Below the pieces are notes generated by a model, which did not search any database, was not told where the DNA came from, and saw only the letters and a program-made list of their open reading frames with translations. This document shows positions 12,845 to 26,700 of a stretch of 64,000 nucleotides of DNA, in pieces. Positions within the stretch are counted from its first letter, which is position 1, and every line of letters begins with the position of its first letter. This stretch comes from Ophelia neglecta. Its lineage: Eukaryota. Made by a program: the position numbers and the translations under genes. The stretch covers positions 38,192,001-38,256,000 of the forward strand of contig OZ260666.1 of assembly GCA_965285935.1 (NCBI GenBank), in the 5' to 3' direction.

Positions 12845-15800
12845 ATGATTTACCACTCTTTGTCGTATATGATCCTGGTTCTGGCGCATTCTTCGTTAAC
12901 GGTCATGAGCATACAAAGTAGGTAGAAAGTTTTTATTAGACTATAACCGAGTTTTTAATTGGCAATATATTTTGAAATGAAAAGACTTGAAATATATATA
13001 CCTGTATCATGATGAATAAATAATTGAAATTCCCTCTACATGTACTTCTTATTTTGTCCTACGACGTCTTCTATTAACCACAATGCATTCTCGGCTAAGA
13101 CTATTTTCAAAAAAATGTGTTTCGCCCACGACAACAACCATCATTTATATCACTGTAGAGCATATACTTGAGATTGAATCATACGGCCATTGTCCATGTA
13201 CCAACACTTTTTCTTAGACGAATGCTGCCGCTGTTTAGGAGGAAAACTGATAACAGACGACGAATGTAACAGTTTGGACTCGCTGGCAGTATGCGAAGGC
13301 TTTTGTTTCGTAAGTAAACAAAGTTGAAATTTGAATTCCGTTTGTCTAACGTTTATCATTTATTTCCATTCCCCTCATCGTATGTTGCAGATGCACGTGT
13401 CTAGTCACAATAAAAGCATGCCTGGTTCCCTTATAAGAGTTTATTGACCTGTCGGACAGAACACAACCATCGGTTTCCTATTCAGAGTCCACTACTTTTG
13501 ACATAATTCTTTAGCGTTGTGTTTTAGGAGACAAATAAATTCATCCCTAGGGTCAATTTAATGGTATTTGATGTGCCATTTTATAACTCTTCATATCATT
13601 GTTGGTTTTAATCGGAAAATACATTCTAAAGTATCTTGATTATGAGAGAATTTCTCCATTTACAAATTCTTCTTGCAAGTTTCAAATGTTTCCTACGTTG
13701 ATACCAGACTCGTATGTCTTAACCTCGGACTCACATCGCGGTAAACTGTTGATTTCTTCTCATTTTTGTATTTCCATTACATGATTAGTTACTATTTTTT
13801 AATTTGGGAGTGATGTACATGTGCCTGTGCCTAGTGGTTCCTGAATTTTGGACCGATTAAATAAACTATTCTTGATTAATGAATGTGATTGTCCGTCGTG
13901 TTTCTACTCCCGTGTTTTTCCACAATGACTACCGAGAATGACGAAAGCGATTTTACCCTATTATCAACGTGGTGGCCAAACACACCATTCAATGCAAAGA
14001 AATTGCATTTCCATCCCGATATGTAGTATCTAACTGAGTTCGCATCTCAGTCGTTCAATAAATCGGTGATGTGCAAAGGGAATGATGCATTTATATGAAT
14101 GTGTTGGGTATGGAAATTTACATCAACATGCACGAAACACTAACTATAACATCATCCGTAATGTTAAGGCGTGACTTATCGAACATAAATATCAAATCCT
14201 TGTAGCAGATGATAATGACAAGTTTGCATTATAATCATTCACTTTGCTTTAAGTGCAAAAACAACAGCAAAAGTCAATTAATTATTTATATCTGAAGCTC
14301 GCAGCATTGACGTTGCTTAGAGCCACTGCTTTTATTTTTTAAAAATGGTGGCGAATAACAGAATCCATGTGCAATGCCATCCCTGAATGCTGTACAATGA
14401 GCTACATACAGGGTACGCGGGGAAATATCATTTTTAATTTATGCTTCTTTGCCATCAACAATATTATTCCGATATTACTCGTTATGTCTCTACCTCATGT
14501 GATTTTTCTTTAACTCTAAAGAACTCAAATACCTCATTGTTTGCCCAAAAAATGAGAACCTCCTAACATAACCTACGACAGATAGTGGACATTCCGGGTT
14601 TTGTTGCAAATTTACAATTTCATCCATAGTGATGAGGTGGCATTATTTACCAATTTAAAAAAAACATTCGTGCATCAAAGATTATCTGTATGGCATCGCG
14701 GCTAAGTTATGTCATGCTTTATTTATTAATTTCTTTACAATCTTATATGACCTGATGTAGTTGGGACACTTTATTTGCAGGCCTGCAACTGAATATTCCA
14801 GTTGACAGATTAAAATAACTATTCTAGATTACTGATTCTGGATTGTTTATGAATTGCATGCAGCTACTGCCTTTTTATATACCAGGGATATGATATATTT
14901 CTTCATTAAGTAACGCACGATGAAGAAGTAGACTCGTGTACTACATATTGGCGGTATTCAACACCACTCTGTGCTTGTGGGATCTTTGATACATCCGATT
15001 ATATTCATGAAAACATAATGAAGCGGATTATGCATATTAATACAATATGTCCACTTGTCATTTTCATTGATAATTATTTCAGAAAAATAGATCGATGCAA
15101 ACCCACTCGTAGAATGTGACATCTAGATAATTCCACGTAAACTGATTATATATACTCCTCTGACAGACTGACATTACCACTTGGAACCGTGGTATTGTTA
15201 TCAACAAAGGATGCTCTGCCAGCTGTCGGAATGCGTCAGAAGACAGGGGCTATCTTCAGTTCAACCGGTCCTGTTGTGGAAGTAAGCTCTGCAACAGAAT
15301 GTTGAACAAAGATGGTGAGAAATTATTAAATAAGTAGAAGCTGTCACTTTATTATCTTACTATCCGATCCATTCTATCACATGGTTTATAACACGAAGAG
15401 TGGTGATTCAAGATAATTACCCCCACGCCAATGCATTAATCCTATCAATACTAAAAACCCAAGATCAAAGCGTTCAATAAGCCGGTATTATGCATAGTCG
15501 CTGCCTAGACTGTTATATTGCTTCTGCAGTATCTACATAATTTATCCCTTTGCATATTCAATCACCCACATTGCATAATGGATTGTTTATCCTTTGATTC
15601 TATCGAAAGTCTCGGTTATATCACTACTATGTAAAACGTGTCGATTCAATGGTTTTTTACCAACACGCCTATGCATATGATAATAGCCGTATTCGATTCC
15701 ATCGATCCTATAATAATTCTATCCTTTTGTACGTTTGTTTTAGTTTTGTTGACTGTCAAAATCTAATCTCTCTTCTGGTCATCGTCTGCTGTGTAAATTC

Positions 15801-17437
15801 TGTTTCTATATGAATCCTAATGAGATTCTGCTCATCCTTTCTATTAGATATGTCATAATTGTGTAGCATCGATATAATATTTGTTTTCTTGATTTACCAA
15901 TCAAGTGTTCCTTTTCTGTATCTTAGTATCAGTCTACTGAGTTTGTTCTAGTAGTAGATATTCTGTTAGTTGTCGAGATGATTATTTCTTCACAATGATA
16001 CTGCACGTTGATGTAGATTCTCTAAACCATCATTGCCGGTCATCATTGCTGAACACGGCACCTGAACTGTGTGAATTGCTTCTGATGACACCGGAGGCTG
16101 TTGTTCCATTAATCTGCTAATGCATTGACTGCAGTAATAAATATAACCGGATATAACCGGTGGTATAAGGATTATACGAATTAAGTGTTTGAATTGTATC
16201 TTGGGATGATTTACTTCCAGGTCAAACAAAACATCCGTTCTGGATGTTTCGAGGACTATCTGTTCTCGGAGTTACTCTCTTCATTACAGCTGGCCTGATT
16301 CTGTATTACTGGCTGAGGAAATGGGAGAAACAAGCTACCCTCTCAAGCCGACAGGTATGTATTGATTAGTATTTATCTGCATTTTCATTATTGTCAGTCA
16401 TACCTTACACCTAATATGATCATTTCAACACTTGAAATAATCCTAAAAACTGTTTTCATTTAATATATGATTTAAAAAGGCCTCGAAATCGTCTACTAAC
16501 TTAAAAGTCGTTATGAAGTACAAACTTTTGGTATGTAAACAAGGACATAGGGTCACAGTAAAATAATAGACACTTATGTTATGTTATTAAATGCTCAACA
16601 CGACTATTGATATCAGCACATTTCGGCAACTGCTACTCAGCTGGGCAACTGCAGAAATGCTTTATCTTGTAACACCGTTAACTTAATAGTTACATTTGAA
16701 ATAAAAAAAAATCAAGCTCGAAAGCTAAATTGGTAATTGTTATCATTAGACAGGTTTAAAATCGTGTTCAAGAATTTTGGGTTCGGTATATGTTGTGAAT
16801 TGGTTCCATAATAGGTTACTTTGTAATGTGTCGTGACTATCCCACTTCTGGGTTATATTCTGAAGATAATTGAAAAAAGGTCGAATATTAGCAAACTACC
16901 AATTCAGGACCCAGCTAATAGTATCAATGCAAACAAGAATATCACCAATTCTAAACGACTTAACCAAAAATACACACAGCAATTAAGAAATGCACAACAA
17001 ATTTGGTATTGACGACATATTGGGTATAAAATTGTATTCATTGGGACGGAATATATGTTATTCCTCACAGCCGTGCGAACTTAACAAATTGTGTGATTAT
17101 CTCATGTGTTCAAGGGATGAGATTAGCCATGATCAGCAGTGGTGGGGCCAGGGAAGGATCTGAATATTCAGACAGATTTAATGAACTATTCTGAATTAAT
17201 GAATTCATCTTAAAGTGCTAATTTTCACATTCGGTTCTTTGAATAATAGTACTCGATGCATGATACATCGCCCTATGATATTTGCAGGGGTGTCCTGGTG
17301 TTATAGAAGAACAACAAATGGAAGTACCCACTAAAGAATACGATACTCCGGCATTGGTCATGGAACTTCCACCATATGACGTCACAGACATATATCCACT
17401 GCCTAGTTACAAGGAATCCACACCGGCGTTGTGTTGA
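12845..17437 (+). CDS. Ly6/uPAR single-pass membrane protein with LPxY tail, paralog 3
   Basis: Exons 12845-12917 (signal peptide, least certain), 13218-13309 (ECCRCLGGKLITDDECNSLDSLAVCEGFCF), 15167-15314 (KGCSASC...SCCGSKLCN), 16221-16354 (TM GLSVLGVTLFITAGLILYYWL), 17288-17437 (LPPY, LPSY). Same intron phases as paralogs 1 and 2. Confidence 0.78.
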
Positions 17438-18444
17438 TGGGGTGGGTCTTGTACAAGACCGGATGATGTTGCAACTCCATAAGAAAAATGTGATGAAGAC
17501 AAAGCCTCTCATTGGACATAGATCAGTTCTTTTGCGTGTTGCTTTCAAACTTGGACTGGGAACTGATATTCCAATGCGTATTGGATTGTATAAATTCTTG
17601 ATAACTTTCAACTTTGATAGTTTGAAAAAAGGTCAAAATGTAATCTGAAATTTGCGTTTGTTAAATGACCAGGGTCTTGCTCGATCGACTTCCTTTGGGC
17701 CACCTCCAGATATCAAACATGGCATCATATCATGTAGATTAACGCAACATTAATGAGGTAGCAGAATAATTAAAATGTTAAAATATACGTCACATATAAA
17801 GTAATTCGTCGAGACTGAGGGACTTCATGGGCCTGTGCAGCTAGGCTATTATAGTTGAATTGTCAAAACCTACCCAGATATGAAGTACCGAGGATTTTAA
17901 TTAGTGGTTACTGTTTGGATCGTAATCGTTACATTTTGTGTTAATCTCTCAGGACACAGATCATTACAAGGAATAGCAAATTATGACGCATAATATCGGA
18001 CATAAGGCTACGCCTTACATCACTGGCGAAACAACATCTTCCAGGACGTCACCTACTAGTACATTTCGTATATAATTAAATTCATGAATAGCTAATTATT
18101 TACGGTTTTAGATTAATAGCGGTGGAGTGGAACCCTGACGGAGGTAAATCCCGAAATTAGCACACAACACTATAGATATTATATACAACCCTTTTTCTTT
18201 TCCTTTCCCTAGCCCTCAAACTAACCCACTGTCCTAGTTCTTGACTTGCAGACGACTTTTTGCTTCATGTCATTCAGAATACACGTGATATCCGCCTCCG
18301 CATTCCCGAATAAATTAACACGCAGAGAATAGGTCAGTCATTATGAAAGTGTGTACGGTATGTTTTATTATGTTTGAAATAAATAAAACTATTCATACCC
18401 GAAGATATGATTTCGGACTAGCTTTTCAATTTTTAACAATGATA

Positions 18445-21400
18445 TTATAGGCAAGTCGGCGTGATTTCCCGTATTATCACCCATTCTTCTTGTGACCTTG
18501 AAAAAACAATTTGAATACATTTCACCGGAAATTTCACTTTATCTTTCATGTTCTCGCTCACAAATTTCCCATGCGCGAACTCGCCAATGTTCTGGAAGTT
18601 TGTGCACACACATTTATCATTTCCTGTGGAGCTGACCATAACAAATCCGCTCCGTATGTAGTCGTTTTGCTGCTGGCTATGGCCAGATTCGATGTACAAC
18701 TCTTTCAACTTTTTGGGTGTTTTGAACACAACAGTGAAGGTGTCGTTTTCTTTGGGTTTCTTGCCCCAGAAGAAATTGTCAGACGCGTCGTTGTAAGCAT
18801 TCACTGGAATATAATCTTTATAATGTTCGACAGTAGTACATACATCTGCAGGTGGGTTCTTTCCCATGATTGGTTCAATTTGAATACTTGCTGGTTTGCC
18901 ACCACCATAGAATCTATCTTTCACTTTGACTCTTCCTTTTCCTGTGAATGAAGAAATTTCTCCCATATGTTGAAACAATGTAGGCTTCCTCAGAATTTTC
19001 TTATTTTGCGCAAGCAGCTGGTGAAAAAATGTCAACAGCCAATCGACCGGCATTTCTTGGTAAAACATCATTAGAAACCTGGAAAATCGCCCTAGATCAG
19101 ACGACCTGAATAGTTTACCGATGAATCCTAACTCGCTGAAGTCTATCATTACCCACTGTGGGTCGGATCGACTAACACTTTCTATGTGCTTTTTTATCTC
19201 GGAATCAAAGTTTTTGGTGCTCAGTACATCATCCTCAATTTGGACATAATACTTCGAGAGAGTTGACCCATAGTAGAACATGAAAGCGAAATCCACCACT
19301 TGTTTCGCCCGCCATTTTACGCGGTCTGCGTTGTCGTTATAATTCCGTTTCAATCCCTCTAACGGGGGGTAAGCTTCAGACGATACCTGCATTATCTGGA
19401 TCAAGCCTGAGTCTAGATGTGCACCATATTTCGCTTGGATAGTCTCCACAACTTTTCGTCGCCTTTCCTTGTCAGCGTCGGCTGCAAAAACCAGGAGCAG
19501 AGTGTTTTCTTTGTCCCTAGTCTCACTGAGTAGGGAGTCAATAGTGTGGCCGAGGTAAACGGTGCCAGCCACTTTACGGCACACGGTGGGTATGCCTATG
19601 GTCAGAAACCCTGTAAATTGAGAATCGTGTGCAAATTTATGATGGTTGAAAATAAAAGTCAGGTTCGGTTTCATGGATTCATTTAAATGATCGCTCACAC
19701 ATTTCAACAGTCTATTACCTGGATGTGGCTTGGTATTACCGATGATCGTGATTTGGTCAGGTTTCAGAGGTGCATAGCCCCATTGTCGTTCTACGTCACG
19801 GGCATCCTAAAAATACAGGTACACCTAACTTAATAAACCGTACCCGTCGTCATAGTGATTGAGCGGCATGGCCAGGCCGCCTTATACCTTTATATGTTAT
19901 AAGAAGGCTTTAAAGAATAAGTCATTCAACACGTAGTACCGTGTCGCCCAAATACATACATGTGTTCTATATTTAAAAACGATTATAATAATAGATCTAT
20001 AGCGTAGATGAATTTTCCTATAGGCCTATGTACCTAACTGAAACCTTCCATCCTTAAACCTTCACCCTAACCAGAATCTAGTTCATACGGTTATGTTATG
20101 ATGATATCATCTCTCGTATCTGTGTCTCGTATATGTTATTTCTTATCAGGTTTTCCAGTATGCCCGTTAAAATATGAGCATCATACTATTGTTTTGGCTA
20201 TATTTGCCTTTTACGGATTAACGGTGGATTATTCTGCAGAAAACAATGCTATTTATATAGAAGTAAGCCTATATAACTCGCTGTCCGATTGCAATGCTTC
20301 TCTTGAGGCTGCCTGTAGAAGATGGGCCGCTGGAATGTCTTTTTATATCAATGGCGGGTATTTTTTGCCGGGTGTCCGGTTATTAGTTTACTAGCAATCT
20401 ACTTAGGCCTATTCATAAGCCAACAGCTGTGAGGAGGCGGTATATGAGCCCCCCCCCCCTTTACCCCAGCCCACGCGCACCTAACCCCGCTTCCCCCCCC
20501 CCCCACAACCACCACCACTCCCACCCCATTCCCTCCCCCAGTCCACCACCCCCTCTCCCAACCGCAACACACACGTAACAATCATACGCGCGGAACAATG
20601 TCTAACAATCATATCATGAAACGTTCAAACGCGAGACCATCGATCCGGCAACGCACTGACAAAATGATTGAGTAGGCTTTTAGTTAGTAATGCCTGGGAC
20701 ATCTGAAAAGTGGCCAAGGTTTTGCACAATTTGGCCGGGCTTTTAGCGTTTTTGTTCCAAGATTTATTGCCAATGCGTAATACAATGTAACAAAATATTG
20801 CGATGGATACCAGTAATTGGCAAAAAGGGGGTTCGACATTATCGCTGTTATATCGTCAGTTATGATTAGTGCGAGGAATGAGGACTGGAATTCATGGTAT
20901 CGTCGGGAAAAAACCAGTAGGCCTATTCTCACATTTCCCTGCCACTCGTTAATGTATTAGTCAGGTCCCAACAATAAAATATATATTTATTCAAAAGATA
21001 GTTTGATTATGACTTGCATAGACGGCGACAAAGTGATATGCGCAATCATACTCACGCTGGTCAATGAGCTTTACCGGCCGCTCAACATATATCCTAACTC
21101 GCTACGGTATATCCGAGTCTCATTATTTTCATAGGGGCAAAGATTCAATGGTAAATTGAAATTCTCTAGCGTCTATTAACTGTCCATTTTCATAATTATT
21201 TCGATTTATAAACAAATAGGCCTCTCTCTTTGAAGTTTGTTTCAACATTACACTTTTCGCCGGCATATGATCGGTATTAGGTCTAACGTTATTTGCCATC
21301 AGCGACAGGTTGTAAATCATACGTATCTCACCTTGATGTGGGATTGCTTCAGGTCATGTTGAGTTTTCAGCTGGTCTGAATTGTTCGCAGATGTCATCAA

Positions 21401-21890
21401 ACCCACATCAACGGCTGCTAGAAAAGAAAGGTTTTAGAGTCCCCTGGAACGAATGTCCCCGGGCTCTTGTACTGTAAATATGAGTCCCCGGACCCTTTTT
21501 TCTTGCAAAAAAGTATCCAAGTACTTAAATTCCTAACTTAGTTCTTAGTCCGGGGGACTCTATTTCCTAGTATTTTTTTTTGTCAAAGGGAATCTATTTC
21601 CTAGCATTGTTTTTGTTCGTTGACAATATCTTGGTCCTATAGTTATCTTTGATTGTTATATATGACTCCACTCTGATTGCATATCTATAATAAGCATAAG
21701 AAGACCATTAAATAGCCCTGGCTTTGCCTTTACCTGTTGAGATATTTCCTTGGTCTCTGTAAGTAGTACCGATGGCATCTGGACTGATCGCCAAACTTAG
21801 TATTTTAATTAATGGGGCCATCACCATGACAGCGACCAAAGTAGGTAACACCTTCTTAGATATCCTCCTGCATTTCTTTATTAGAGGCAT
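18445..21890 (-). CDS. MGAT4: Alpha-1,3-mannosyl-glycoprotein 4-beta-N-acetylglucosaminyltransferase (MGAT4/GT54 family, MGAT4C-like)
   Basis: Exons 21734-21890 (MPLIKKCRRISKKVLPTLVAVMVMAPLIKILSLA, type II anchor), 21332-21417, 19719-19806, 18445-19610, phase-consistent GT-AG. Motifs LTIGIPTVCR, YYVQIEDD, FSELGFIGKLF, PVDWL, LFQHMGEISSF, then NPPA and a C-terminal lectin-like domain. Confidence 0.9.
20050..20164. mobile_element. Degenerate half-copy of the 9915-10154 MITE family
   Basis: CCCTAACC...CTCGTATCTGTGTCTCGTAT...TTTTCCAGTATGCC matches the right TIR of the 9.9-kb MITE; lies in an MGAT4 intron. Confidence 0.65.
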
Positions 21891-22149
21891 GCTGCTGACT
21901 GCTGAAAGGTGAATATAGTGGCTCAATTTGAATAAAATTGTGGTACTTTACATATTAGGAAATCAATATTCCCATTTTTCACAATCAATTGTCTATCTAT
22001 ATCAGCTGGTTGAATGTCAAAAATTTGGCCAATCAATACTCTAAAGGGAAATATACCATGTTGTCATGCTATAAAGAGATGATTAGGCCAACTGACACGG
22101 TAGCCACCGCACCGTTATATACCACTTAATTCCATTTACCAGCATTTTA

Positions 22150-22527
22150 ATCCATCGCCTTCCACCGCCTTCCACCGCCCTCCATAGCCTTCCATCACCC
22201 TCCACCGCATTTCACCGCCTTCCATGACTTTAGTGCCTTCAATTGTCTTCCATCGCCCTCCACTGCCTTCCACTACATCTACCGCCTTCCATCACCCTGC
22301 GTCGCTTTCCATAGCCTTCCACCGCATTCTATTGCCCTCCACCTTCTTCCACCGCCAACCATCGCCTTCCATCGCCCTTCATAGCCTAACAGTGTCTTTC
22401 ACAGACATCCACCGCCCCTCGCCTTCACCACCTTTAATCCCTCTCCACCGACTTCCATCGCCCTCGAACGCTTTCCATCGCCCTAAACCGACTTCCATCA
22501 ACTATCATAGCCCTCCATCGCCCTTCA
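22150..22527. repeat. Degenerate ~10-bp minisatellite (TCCATCGCCT / TCCACCGCCT)
   Basis: Several tens of imperfect 10-mers in tandem just upstream of MGAT4. Confidence 0.85.
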
Positions 22528-23394
22528 ACTTTGGCGGTGGCTACAGTCCCAGTTGGATTATAAGGTGAGTTGCTGTGTGTTTAGAGTGAGTGACTCCCTA
22601 ACCACTGTGATAAGTTGAGTTATCGACGTGATTTTCTACTATGACCAGGTATGCTTATTGATTACATTTTACCAACAGAAAGTCCAACAGGCACATGTTC
22701 TAAAACAAACTTTTCAGTACCAAGAGCCAGACTGTTTTGAGTAAACAAGAGGTGGCAATTTAACACCTGCCTGTTTCCATGTCGCAATACAGGTATATTT
22801 ATAAATTGCCTGTCAATTCACCTGTCCGTAACGTGCTCGCTAAAACCTTGAAACAGTCGGTAAATGCACAATCCCGTGTACAAAAGGATATTCATGCCAA
22901 TCCGGATGAATACTTATTTATTTATTATAAATTAGTCGAGTGCTCGGGGTTCTCGTAGGGTCCAAGATTAATGGAAGGGTCCTTCGCGACTCAAAATCTT
23001 TGCACAAACGTTACACTTGCAAAGCTAATTAAGTAAGCTTGATTGCGCATGTCTGTTCAAGACATCAACACAAGCCCGATACACTCCGGTAACTGCCATT
23101 ATGCAAATAACCGTAATGAAAATAAATGGCACCTACTTGCTTTCTTTTTTATCCGATTCAAACGTAAGCGGTTCTATACATTTGTAGCCACATGGAAATT
23201 GATCATCGGGGCGATTATAAGCCAATGTTCATTACAATAACGTTATTGACGTAGAATTGCCGGGACGTCACCTATCTCCATGCGTACTTCTCGTAGAATT
23301 GATGTAACAGTGCGCGGGTGCTGTACGGTGAGGCTTGGCTGGTTACGGGTAATCATCAAACGTTCATCCTGCTCGGGAATAATACATTCTATTA

Positions 23395-23748
23395 GGGAGC
23401 GTTCATTATTTATGGCCGGGGGGGGGGGGGGGGGGGGTGGTAAATTTTTGAAATGAGTACGTCAAAAAAAAATTGCCCCCCCCCTGGAAATAGGTGGGAA
23501 AAAAATTGCCCCCCCCCCCATCAAAGACAGAATTTGGCTAAGTTTTATCAGTTTCACTACACACTTTTGTACAATATATATTTCTAAATAAAATTGCGCA
23601 CCCTGTGAATAGACTAAAAAAAAACTGTCCCCCCCCATGGAAATGGGTTGAAAAAAAACTGTCCCCCCCATGGAAATGGGTTGAAAAAAAACTGTCCCCC
23701 CCCCAAATTTACCACCCCCCCCCCCGGCCATAAATAATGAACGCTCCC
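23395..23748. mobile_element. PIF/Harbinger-type MITE
   Basis: Long TIRs GGGAGCGTTCATTATTTATGGCCGGGG...GGTAAATTT, TTA on both flanks (23392-94, 23749-51), internal ~30-bp duplication. Confidence 0.85.
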
Positions 23749-26700
23749 TTAGTGTGCGTTTTCATTGAAGCGGAGGCGCTCTATTTTAGATAGAGCTCTA
23801 GAGCTCCTATCATACGGTTCAGTGATCACAATAAAGGCTTCAATGGATTGACTCACCGCCTAATCCGAGGTAATAGGGCTGAACTCAAACTCTAACCTAT
23901 ACATAAGGTCTCTGGTTCAGCACATAGTAACCTAGGCTTGTAAGTAGTCTATGCCAGAGGGAGATAGCACTACTTCCGATAATTCCCCTTGAGATATTAT
24001 TGTCATAGTAACCCCCGTCCCCCTTAGCCAGCCAACCAAAATGATTTATAAATTATACATTTACTATGTGATGTTATAAACTGTACTGCCATGGTATAAT
24101 CATGTATTACGTTTGTAAGGTAAGGCCGATTACTAAGTTGTTATAACTTGTGGCCAAACCTACTTGCATGTAATAAGGCAATAAAATATGTTTAAACTAA
24201 ACATAGTAATTTGCCGAGACCCTGCGGCCAGTAAGGTCATTTTGCCAACTAGAGTTGCTGATTTCTCGTCCTGGCTGGCGTGCTTGCAGCATCAGTGTTT
24301 CGACAATCGATGACTAACAAGGGACGCGTGACGGTTCCATTGATTTATAGCGTAATAACCACATGCTTAGCGATTTAAGGCTATACAGAGAGACAGGGGT
24401 GTTGCCACGGTCCCAGGTGGCATGTGTAGTACAGGTGTGCTTATGTTGGATTTCCCGTCAAAAAATGTGATAAAATGTCCATGGTTAACTAATAATTCAG
24501 GTACAAGCTCAAATATCGTAAATGTTAAACCAGTGTCCAGTATTAAACGGCTGAATATATTTGTGTATAACGTCACGTCAAAGGTATTCAGATAAACTGT
24601 CAGGATGTTTTAGAGAGTTTAAGGGAACCAATACGAATCGCTTATTTATAACACGGTTGTAAAATGTTAAATGTGTTATGGGCTTTTCCGATAAATATTA
24701 AAGCATTTAAAACGGTTGTAATTGCTCGGGAATTTAATCACTTTCTTAACAGGCCCCCATGTATATTAACCCATTCTCCATGTAACTTGCCATGGGCAAT
24801 CACATGGCTTTGTGATATTAAACATGAAATACTGTCAATACTTAGTCATCCAACGCTTTAAGTGGGCACTATTTTGCAGTTTAATTTATGAATTCAATGA
24901 ACCATGCAAGGTGAATTTAACTTTCCCATGGATAAAAATACCATATTTGGAATAAGGCAAAGTTAACATTGGCGGGCAATCGTTTATAAGTTAATTACTG
25001 TGTTTAATTTGTGTTAATTTCACTACTAGTTTTGATGTTAACCATTTCAGGCTCCAATGCCCGAGGTTAACTTATAATTTCTAAGTTTGACTATGTCCAA
25101 TTTAAACCGCTGTCCTCAACGGATTAGCTGGACGTGCAATGTTTCCATTGTCCTTTTTGGAATATCTTCTATATGTATGAATACACATCAGTACACATAC
25201 AATGTTGGCTAGTTGTCATAGGCTGTACATAACATTCGTTGTATATAACATACGCAAGTTAATCTTTTTGAAATAATTATAAATGAACAATTGTTACCTG
25301 TGGACTCGTTTAAAAGGAAAACAATATTACATAACATTCAATTTTGAACTCTTACCTTATTTTTGAAATGCTGCAGGAATTTTGAATTGAATTGAAATTA
25401 TTGCTACTCCTGGTATAGATATATAATCAAAATAAAGCGGCACGTGACAATAATGACAGGTCAATAGGCCCCAGGCATGCCAGAACAGGTCTAACGTTAG
25501 TGTCCGAAAGTAAAAAAATTGTAACTAAACAAATGATTCCCAGAACGGCCCTTGACTACTACTTGGCACAAAAACAACTATACACTGAAATGTTCTTTCA
25601 AGCTGTAATCCGAGAATCTCTGACGTTAAATGGCTTCTTAATGTATTTTCTACTGGATACGTTCGTAGATGTAGGCCATCTAACATATTGGCCCCCTGAT
25701 ATACCAATAAAGTCAGAGATTTTCGGACTACTAAAGCCGGAAATAACCAACAATATATAATCCAAGTTATTGCAGTTTCAGAAAAAAAACGGTTTTATAT
25801 TTAAGAATTCACATACTTGTCTCAGATAGGCTCACTTTTGAGAATCCACAGCCATTAATACGTTCTTGATTGGTCATGTGTTGTTATTTGCCTTAATCCA
25901 TCGACTGCATTGGCCTAATATTATTAGTCAATATATCTATAATTTCGACGTGCTGATCCTTAATGAAAACACTACAAACGCATGCTTGTTTCGAATGTTT
26001 GACCAGGTGATCCCTTCAGCAAACTGTCACCTGTTATTCTGCGGACGCTGCGCCACGTTGGCGCGCAAAAAACACTAAGATTATGAAACTGAAGCTGTGG
26101 GGCATTAAATAGTCCTACATGGAATATGATTTGTGGCTAGTGGCAAATAGACTTTCTTTGCATCCTGGAAAGAATAGGTGTATTCCTTTTGTGTCTAAAC
26201 TCGAATCGCTTTATGTGTAAAGCTTAATGTAACCTGCAAGGGTATTGCAATTGAATGTAAGACTTGAATAAAGTACCTCGGTTCACCATACCTTGGGAGA
26301 AAATATGGCCAAATAAATGATCAAATAGAAAAATATGAATTGAAATTCTTGTCTATATGAATCAGAGCAGCCTGAACAGTGAGGTAAGCAGGTTGCTATT
26401 TAATGTCTTCAAATGTAAAGGCCTGTGATAAATCGAAAAGTCTAACTTAATGTGAAGAGAATTTTACAGCAACTTAGCTCAAAGTATTGAGAATTCATTT
26501 TAGGATTTTTTCCTAAAATAAGCAAATGTTGTTTTCATTGATTTTTTCGTGTTCAACACGATACAACACATTATATTACAGGCGGCAGTTATGTGAGCGT
26601 AGCGTCGTTACGTGAGAGATAGTGTTCGAGGCTCCAGGGTTTTTCATAATAAAGTGCGACAGGGCGAGAACACTGTCTCACTTAGTATACGGTCAAGCCA

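Noticed and set aside
14230-14900. LCFKC and CSYC motifs as extra Ly6 exons
   Set aside because: No downstream cysteines or compatible splice sites; the real exon 2 of paralog 3 is 13218-13309.
18511-18951. 146-aa plus-strand ORF
   Set aside because: Antisense shadow of the MGAT4 main exon.
19611-19707. N-terminal 32 aa of the 420-aa ORF
   Set aside because: Intron read-through; the real exon starts at the acceptor at 19610 and splices to upstream exons.
22224-22568. Pro/Ser/His-rich 114-aa ORF
   Set aside because: Translation of the 10-bp minisatellite.
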